DNA of 64,000 nucleotides from an uncultured virus (IMG/VR IMGVR_UViG_3300025132_007876) (Duplodnaviria; Heunggongvirae; Uroviricota; Caudoviricetes): the IMG/VR virus record IMGVR_UViG_3300025132_007876; one strand, given 5' to 3'. The position numbers and the translations under genes are program-made. Positions 58,501-64,000 of this stretch are shown here, piece by piece. Position 1 is the stretch's first letter. Each line of letters begins with the position of its first letter. Below the pieces are notes generated by a model. It was given only the letters and a program-made list of their open reading frames with translations. It did no database searches and was not told the DNA's origin.

Positions 58501-61500
58501 AAAATTACGAAGCGTATATTCTGATTACCCAAAGAATACAAAACTCAAAACGCCTAAAGAACAAGAAAGAGATGATAAAAAGATCGCCAAGCTCAATAAA
58601 TCCATCGCCAAAAAGCAAGAAAGAAAAGCGAAAAGAGATGAGATAAGAAAAACCAAAGGATACCCAAAGCAGGGATCAATAGGTAAATCATCTGCTAAGA
58701 TTATTGGTATAATTTTTAAAGCTTATATAGAGACCATTATTGACATTAACAAGCTTAATACTACTAGCTTGCTGGACATGATTAGAAAATTACCAGTTGT
58801 ATCTTCAATACCTGATTTTATTTTTGATTTCTTTACATGTCCGACCAAAACAATTGTTGAGCCACCACTTAAAGATATAATAAAATTTAATTTTAAGAAG
58901 CCTAACTTTTGTGACCCGACAAAGCCAATAGTGGATTTTAACTTTTCAAAGCTTAAGAATCCATTCAAAAATCCACTTAAGTTTTTATTGCAAGCTTTTG
59001 TAGCAGCAATAATAAAAGTAATAACAAGAATTTTAATTAAAATAGTTGTTCAATTTTTGATTGAGATAGAAAAAATGCTGTGTAAAATGTTGGGTGCTCT
59101 AGGAAAAGGTGCTCTCAATTATGCCACTGGTAATTACGACGAGGGAGCATTTTCGGAAGCATTTAGGGATGCTTTTTGTGGAGAGAACGCTTCTGATGAA
59201 GATGTTAAGAAAGCCATGGCTGGCGCCATAAAAACAACAGGAATAACCAGCCAAAGCCAAGCCAGCGCCGTAGCCCAGAAAATCGCCGGAGCATTTTCCG
59301 GGAACTTTTCGAAAAGAGAGATGATGTTGGTAATATTTAAGCCAGAAGAAAATTCTGAATTGATGGCCCGTGTAACAAAAGTAATTACTACATCAACACC
59401 AGAGCTATCTGAGTTTTTCGATCCGCCAACTAAAGCCGCTAAGTTTTTTGGCGCTTTGGCTAATGTTTTGCCACAAGACCATAAAGATGAAATTAGAGAT
59501 TCACTAGACAGTGTTCCAATGCCAGATGCTCCGATATTTGATACTATTTGTTTAACAGACGCTGAACTTGATGCTTGGAATAACCTACGACAGCAAAATC
59601 TTGAAAATCGTGGTCTTTCTCCGGAAGATGCCGCTAACCAAGTCAGTGTGTATAATCAAAGAGCAGAAGACACATTGGTTGAATTACTTGAGGCTCCCGA
59701 TCTTGAATCTCAAATTCAACAAATGCTGCTACCGGTAGGAGGTATTGACCCCTTTGGAGACCCAGATCCAAGAAGGCCTCCATCCGGATGTGAGGATGCC
59801 AAAGATAAATCTAAATTAAATTCACTACTAGACGAACCAGAGGAAATTACCTCAATGACCGGAAAGGGACTAGATAAAATCTGGAATACAGTTAATTTAA
59901 GGTTTAATAGCGATCTTTATGGAAGTAATAGCGGATTATTAAGTAGAATACTGTCTGATACTAGAGGTAACAGTTTCTGGTTGCATGGTTTTTACCGTAA
60001 GTTTTTTATAACTAGAAATATTATTTTTGATAGTGAGGAACAAAAAGAAGCACTTAAAGGAGGAGCAGCTATTTTTGCCACCATGTTTGAGGCCGGCGGA
60101 TATTTCCCAACAACCGTAGGTCTCCACCTGTTCAAACAACTACAGCAAGATTTCGAATTTAAGTCCCTAGGGATGGATGAGTTTGGAGGAAAAGGCAAAA
60201 TAGAGGGCACCTATAATCCATTTGGTCTAGCACCGGAAAAAGCATTCAGCTATAAAGTAGAAAAGTATGAAAAAGCAGAAGCATTTATGGAATATCAAGT
60301 ACCAGTTGTTATTGATGGTTTTGGAAAACCACCAGAGGATAAAACTGCTCAAGGTACCTATGCCAGATGGAAGCAGCTTGTTGCATACTCTAGCCAAGTG
60401 TTATTACCAGAAATAAAACAAAATTTTGATTACAAAATAAGAGTTGATGATACACTTAATCCGTTTTTGATAACTGGCGATATGAGGACTGGCGTTAACA
60501 GCAGATATAATATGGAAATAAACCAGCCAATGTCTGATGACGTGTCGTCGTATCTTTTAGAAATGGACGCAACAAACGATCAGAGATACAGAAAGTCTGC
60601 TCTTGAATTTGCTTTAAGTAAAATATTAAAAGAAAAATTTTCCGATGCTTCGATAACACTTACAACAGACCAATATGATAAAGTTATAACAGATTCAATG
60701 AAAATATTTAGAGATATGTGTTTGGATGTCACACCTAGAGATGGACAGCCGGAATCAGTTGAGGTTAGGGTAATTGACGAAGATGGCAAAGTTACCGACC
60801 AAACAGAGACTGTTACCGTCCCAGACGGATTTCTGTTTGGATATACTAATATTGATTTTGAAGAAGAAGAGCTTGAGTATGTTGGCCCCGAAGGCGAAGA
60901 ATATGATTATGATGAAGAGGAACAAGTGCTTGGGAAAATGAAAAAGCAAAACCCCAGAATTCATATTCTTGATCCCAAAAAGCACGGCGGGAGCTATAAT
61001 AGGCCTCCATGGTATATTGAAGAACCAACGTTTAGAGGTTGGTTGAATATTGCTAAGACCATTTCTCCTGATATCTCTGGCTGTAAGCCATCAAGAGAGA
61101 GCATACTTCAGATCAATAAGGTTAAGACTCATGTTAAACAAGCTAGGAACAAAATTAAGGTTAATAGTAAATTATTTGAAGGCAAGGGAGATTGTTTTTA
61201 CCACATTCCGTTTGATCGTTTGGTAAACAAAGAATCGTTATCCATGATGGAAGGGTGCGTTAAAACAGTAATTCGAATTAATGTTATTGAGCAATTAATA
61301 GGCGCAATACCAGTTATGGGCTTTATCGAATACAATGAGAATAATTTTGGGTCTGCGTTTGCCCAATTGGTTGCAAAAAGAATTCAACAGGACTTAGCAA
61401 CAACCAATGTTGGCTTGTTTCCTAGGAAAATAGAAAAACAAAACTATTGGCTTTCATTCTTGGAGCAGGCAACTCAAATGTTTTGGAGAATGTGGGAATC

Positions 61501-64000
61501 AGGCGATCTAGATTATGAGAACGAAGAAGGCGAACAGGAACTTCCGGAACACCTAGAAGATATTTTTGATGAAATCAGGGACCTTCAGGAAGCTTATAAC
61601 TGGAAAGATGGTATGTGGCGCAACCCGAGTTTTCCACAAGGTGTTGGTTATGATGGGGGAATGTTCGGCGACATGGAGAATAGAAGAATATACTTACCAT
61701 CATTTTATTATGATTTTGATAAAAAAGAGTTTAAGGATCCAAATCTTGAAGAAGAGCCGGAATACGACTACAGTGACCCTGTTCCTATAACTTATGAGGA
61801 GTATATGTCAGCGGTTGCAAATGGAGAGGCAAGGTACTCCTTATCGGAAGCAGAACAGAACGGCGGCGCATATATTGTTTCTCCACCTATTGATGACTTC
61901 TCTAATGAGTACGGCTGGTTAAATCCACCACCAGATGCCGTCTTTGCTAGAATCGATAAATTTCAAGTTGGCACCAAACAAGTGATTAGGCAAAAACCAA
62001 TAATAAGAATAGACGGGCCATTTGAAGCAACCCAGCAAGAATTTTCTTTAGGAAAAGACCTTGAAGCGCAAGTCGGCCCAGAAGTGGGCGATCACCTTAC
62101 AGCCACTTTAGTAAGAAGAGCTTCCGAAGATGCAGCCGCAGAATATGGTGGTATTAGTAAAATAGGCCCAATCTCCCCGTTTTCGTCCGATGCAGAATAT
62201 GTTAAATATGTACAGATTATTGATGGTTATGAACCAGAATTCCCAATGCAAAATCCATTTGATTTTCAGCGCCAATATGCACACTACTGCGCTCTGGCGT
62301 ATCAAAGCTATGGAGACGCAATATTATACAGCGATGAAAAATTAGAATTTGGCGAGTCAATAACTTTTGGACCTCTAGACTCTTCATGGCAATTCGCATC
62401 TTGTATGTGGGCAGTAAGATCAGTACAAGATAAGTGCATGGTAGTCTTAACCGAATTAATTAACCATGAATTGAAAGATATCATGGAATTATTCAACAAG
62501 ACTTGGAAACCACAGGTCTTGGATGTGAATAGGTATTTGTTAAATACTCCTTTGTTTATTGATAACGGTCTGAAAAATTTCGGCACAAGAGATCATGAAG
62601 AACGTGTTGCCATGGGCTCATTATCAGAAATAGGAGAAGTAGCAGATGTTGTAATAGATGCTAGCATAGAAAGTAGCTTTGGTAATGCCGAAAGCGAATC
62701 GCCAATCAAATTTAAACTTGAGAAATATATTCGAATAGTTGAGAAAGAATTGGAAGAGGGAGAGCAATTACCCAAGCCCTTTGAGGAAAGAGACGCAACT
62801 CTCCGTGGTGTTGTTAATGTGAAGCATTTCCAAGAATTCATTGATAAAAATAAAGAAGATTACGGAGAATATTATATTAGTGATCTTTTCGGTGATGCCG
62901 AGATGCTATACAGCTTCAGATTTGAAAGAGTTTTTCAAATCCTTCTTGATCATTTGAGTGAGAGCGGCGACGTAGATGATGCCACTTTGGAAAAAGCTAA
63001 AGAACAAGTTGCTAAAGTTGAAAAAGAAACAGGCGATATTGAAACATTCCGCCCCACAGACGATATGAATAATCAAATAACTGGATATTATGAGAAGAAA
63101 ACCAGCTTCCAGTCTTTTTTCGAAGGATTTTCAGTTGTACTGACAGAGGCCCAGTTTGACGCATTCATGCGTGGTGGCTTACAACAAGAAGAAGTAGACG
63201 GCAGAATGAAAGACATAGACTATGGTGAGGTTAAATTACCCAAGGACCTTATTTCAGAACAGTGGTTTTTAGCCGGCATGAAGATCGGCCCAAATGAACG
63301 GTGGAAACCAGTAGATATTCAAGGCGAAATCGGACTAAAGTACGGTGTTCGAATAGTGGCAAACCTACCAGAAGGAAGCGGACTACCAGAGGCATCCTTA
63401 GATAACCTAGCAAAATCTAAATTTGCTTTTGAAAAGTGCTTCTATATGAATGTTCATAACGATTTAGAAAATTATGAAAAGAATTTCTCATTACCCATTG
63501 CCTTTGCTGAGGTCGATCTCATAGATCATAAAATAAAAGATTTTAATTGGACGGTTGTAGGAGGAGAATCAGAATATCCAATGGATATAGATTGTTTATT
63601 AAGAAAGATAATCAAAACTCCAGAGTATGAAATAATTTTTAAACATGTTATGAACCCATCCGCAGTTGCCGGTATGTGCGCTACGCTTAGCGGCATTTCT
63701 TTTGAATCAGCAGTTGGGTATAGTGATGGATGGGAAAAGGTTGTTTCGTTTGAAGATTTAGAGGGTGAAGAGCAAGATGGTGCAATAAATATGGATAACG
63801 ATGATTGGTCTAGAAAATATTTCCAAGACACAAGAATGCTTGTCAGGAGGGTATTTTCCGGGTTTTATTTAGGTAATGACTTTGAGGACCCAGAAGCGGA
63901 CACGTTCGATTTTTCATTAATTCTTAAAGCCGCCGTGGGTTCTATGTTTGGGTGGATGAAAAAAGGCCTTGCTGGTGTTTCGGCTTGGTGGAGAACAAAT
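55562..64000 (+). CDS. Giant protein (at least 2813 aa, truncated by window end), putative virion structural protein
   Basis: ATG55562 after AAGGA; frame open in spot checks through KGLAGVSAWWRTN at 64000; absence from the ORF track is consistent with no stop in the window. Confidence 0.85.
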   Translation, partial: MPNNNDDITLEQEPPEQQPDANEESQVVQPSTGGFGDLQLDQCEDKDFLTAAPFCPTCEIDENAVPDDWRDPEYDEEVFLDKSKCEYVAVIEVKLENILKNDQQERLDSKFKEIERKYIEEAISEYQGRNPDVLVTPEWFSEKPPPEALPIIEEAIRKATEEIQQIQTEGYYYDTKEGKPLGQFDSLLEWARDPDRIRLGIKSILDETDKLNNDRTVCAFGGCQYNIQEVLENKKLINEYIMGLNACMKSTNSALASPEYGEHGAVYDTLQALTTPVRMATFVVARGIGWFGDVLGNNSKNENERKLAKRFDGMLTGFFSGDIKNSLQRLQATYGTLNTYALEWQAYVPDDGIYLLPDTDVLRYTVRVPAFNVDMLPPAEEEDEDAADKFTEAEISLDNADWRVKYTEMKTGLTLMRYEYDVFRIRDNGSIIYDEEGATSFDMLEFEPIVESLKTFKVELEKLLNKNMMAMSYQKGNPFTWLQYLYHKTVNNVRIEIAKEEKNGKEILVIKDVYVTIESCPEMKLTTKSIVSINNEKKDKTVGSIKKGENDDDTVSQTESSTLYKKVKYLNKFKRRVCGGRADYSMLFLLSKMATALMGFQAEEKVKITDWAKEFIFPKVITNDGLAIGDNGNDKSTLGCILENFPLMSAESWSSILDDLVLGTWDVFRDELRKRMCKKDGKYIDPALERWANKAVEDAQEEVYEQAKQKYINQAKKEIDQKIQDAQQLDGLGMYLGETSNKGIEFSIDSPPKDILDDEKKLNEWREEQYEDVMRQVNKKARAAKKQFMKDLKDEGYEHPYTKDFKAAVRAQAPNYEESLTKKFVDFFTGNNPTKPDDDAEKFFEYLSDIGLCGMILGLKKALGCLFGQMDLQKIAEYVLRKTVGALRIDQFIYFITELLPVEQQVEVQKRIDKEISELFKGVVVPQSGDVLDPSLYEKIPESKPDPEFKSLLGVGHDLGVSGSSKISQFLTGKNNKKLEKLRSVYSDYPKNTKLKTPKEQERDDKKIAKLNKSIAKKQERKAKRDEIRKTKGYPKQGSIGKSSAKIIGIIFKAYIETIIDINKLNTTSLLDMIRKLPVVSSIPDFIFDFFTCPTKTIVEPPLKDIIKFNFKKPNFCDPTKPIVDFNFSKLKNPFKNPLKFLLQAFVAAIIKVITRILIKIVVQFLIEIEKMLCKMLGALGKGALNYATGNYDEGAFSEAFRDAFCGENASDEDVKKAMAGAIKTTGITSQSQASAVAQKIAGAFSGNFSKREMMLVIFKPEENSELMARVTKVITTSTPELSEFFDPPTKAAKFFGALANVLPQDHKDEIRDSLDSVPMPDAPIFDTICLTDAELDAWNNLRQQNLENRGLSPEDAANQVSVYNQRAEDTLVELLEAPDLESQIQQMLLPVGGIDPFGDPDPRRPPSGCEDAKDKSKLNSLLDEPEEITSMTGKGLDKIWNTVNLRFNSDLYGSNSGLLSRILSDTRGNSFWLHGFYRKFFITRNIIFDSEEQKEALKGGAAIFATMFEAGGYFPTTVGLHLFKQLQQDFEFKSLGMDEFGGKGKIEGTYNPFGLAPEKAFSYKVEKYEKAEAFMEYQVPVVIDGFGKPPEDKTAQGTYARWKQLVAYSSQVLLPEIKQNFDYKIRVDDTLNPFLITGDMRTGVNSRYNMEINQPMSDDVSSYLLEMDATNDQRYRKSALEFALSKILKEKFSDASITLTTDQYDKVITDSMKIFRDMCLDVTPRDGQPESVEVRVIDEDGKVTDQTETVTVPDGFLFGYTNIDFEEEELEYVGPEGEEYDYDEEEQVLGKMKKQNPRIHILDPKKHGGSYNRPPWYIEEPTFRGWLNIAKTISPDISGCKPSRESILQINKVKTHVKQARNKIKVNSKLFEGKGDCFYHIPFDRLVNKESLSMMEGCVKTVIRINVIEQLIGAIPVMGFIEYNENNFGSAFAQLVAKRIQQDLATTNVGLFPRKIEKQNYWLSFLEQATQMFWRMWESGDLDYENEEGEQELPEHLEDIFDEIRDLQEAYNWKDGMWRNPSFPQGVGYDGGMFGDMENRRIYLPSFYYDFDKKEFKDPNLEEEPEYDYSDPVPITYEEYMSAVANGEARYSLSEAEQNGGAYIVSPPIDDFSNEYGWLNPPPDAVFARIDKFQVGTKQVIRQKPIIRIDGPFEATQQEFSLGKDLEAQVGPEVGDHLTATLVRRASEDAAAEYGGISKIGPISPFSSDAEYVKYVQIIDGYEPEFPMQNPFDFQRQYAHYCALAYQSYGDAILYSDEKLEFGESITFGPLDSSWQFASCMWAVRSVQDKCMVVLTELINHELKDIMELFNKTWKPQVLDVNRYLLNTPLFIDNGLKNFGTRDHEERVAMGSLSEIGEVADVVIDASIESSFGNAESESPIKFKLEKYIRIVEKELEEGEQLPKPFEERDATLRGVVNVKHFQEFIDKNKEDYGEYYISDLFGDAEMLYSFRFERVFQILLDHLSESGDVDDATLEKAKEQVAKVEKETGDIETFRPTDDMNNQITGYYEKKTSFQSFFEGFSVVLTEAQFDAFMRGGLQQEEVDGRMKDIDYGEVKLPKDLISEQWFLAGMKIGPNERWKPVDIQGEIGLKYGVRIVANLPEGSGLPEASLDNLAKSKFAFEKCFYMNVHNDLENYEKNFSLPIAFAEVDLIDHKIKDFNWTVVGGESEYPMDIDCLLRKIIKTPEYEIIFKHVMNPSAVAGMCATLSGISFESAVGYSDGWEKVVSFEDLEGEEQDGAINMDNDDWSRKYFQDTRMLVRRVFSGFYLGNDFEDPEADTFDFSLILKAAVGSMFGWMKKGLAGVSAWWRTN

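Noticed and set aside
55562..64000. Stop-codon recoding or non-coding desert
   Set aside because: Explained by one open frame lacking a stop in the window; TAA, TAG and TGA all terminate genes elsewhere

Overview
A 64-kb piece of a large, probably jumbo, tailed bacteriophage genome. Almost all genes are on the + strand with standard genetic code, sigma70-type promoters and GGAG Shine-Dalgarno sites. It has five zones. (1) 1-10.8 kb is an early/host-takeover region of small genes. It includes a tandem array of MKVGDLV...LEVV mini-genes joined by a 31-bp repeat, a MoxR-like AAA+ ATPase with a metallopeptidase-vWA partner, and an Ocr-like acidic protein. Twelve copies of a GGACA-N5-TG(T/A)CC palindrome abut promoter -35 boxes, and an ~0.8-kb non-coding block carries hairpins and five 16-bp repeats. 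(2) 11-33.6 kb holds many unrelated proteins sharing short terminal tags (MKLIMENWR..LNE, MKITxxxLxxIIxEE, KIKVKI), probably virion-packaged cargo. These include two GNAT-like proteins, a T7 gp0.7-like kinase and a HAD-Nudix fusion. Lipoproteins, a Fis-like HTH protein, a eukaryote-type phosphomannomutase and tRNA-Arg(UCU) also lie here. (3) 33.6-37.9 kb encodes PIN-PhoH, a Cas4-like nuclease, a SET protein and an MT-A70 methyltransferase. (4) 37.9-49.1 kb is a glycosylation cluster. (5) 49.8-64 kb encodes a gp55-like sigma factor, three paralogous proteins with different cell-wall hydrolase C-termini, a spike-like protein, and a giant ORF of at least 2813 aa that runs off the window and is missing from the ORF track. 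All functional calls come from motif recognition by eye; no database searches were run.
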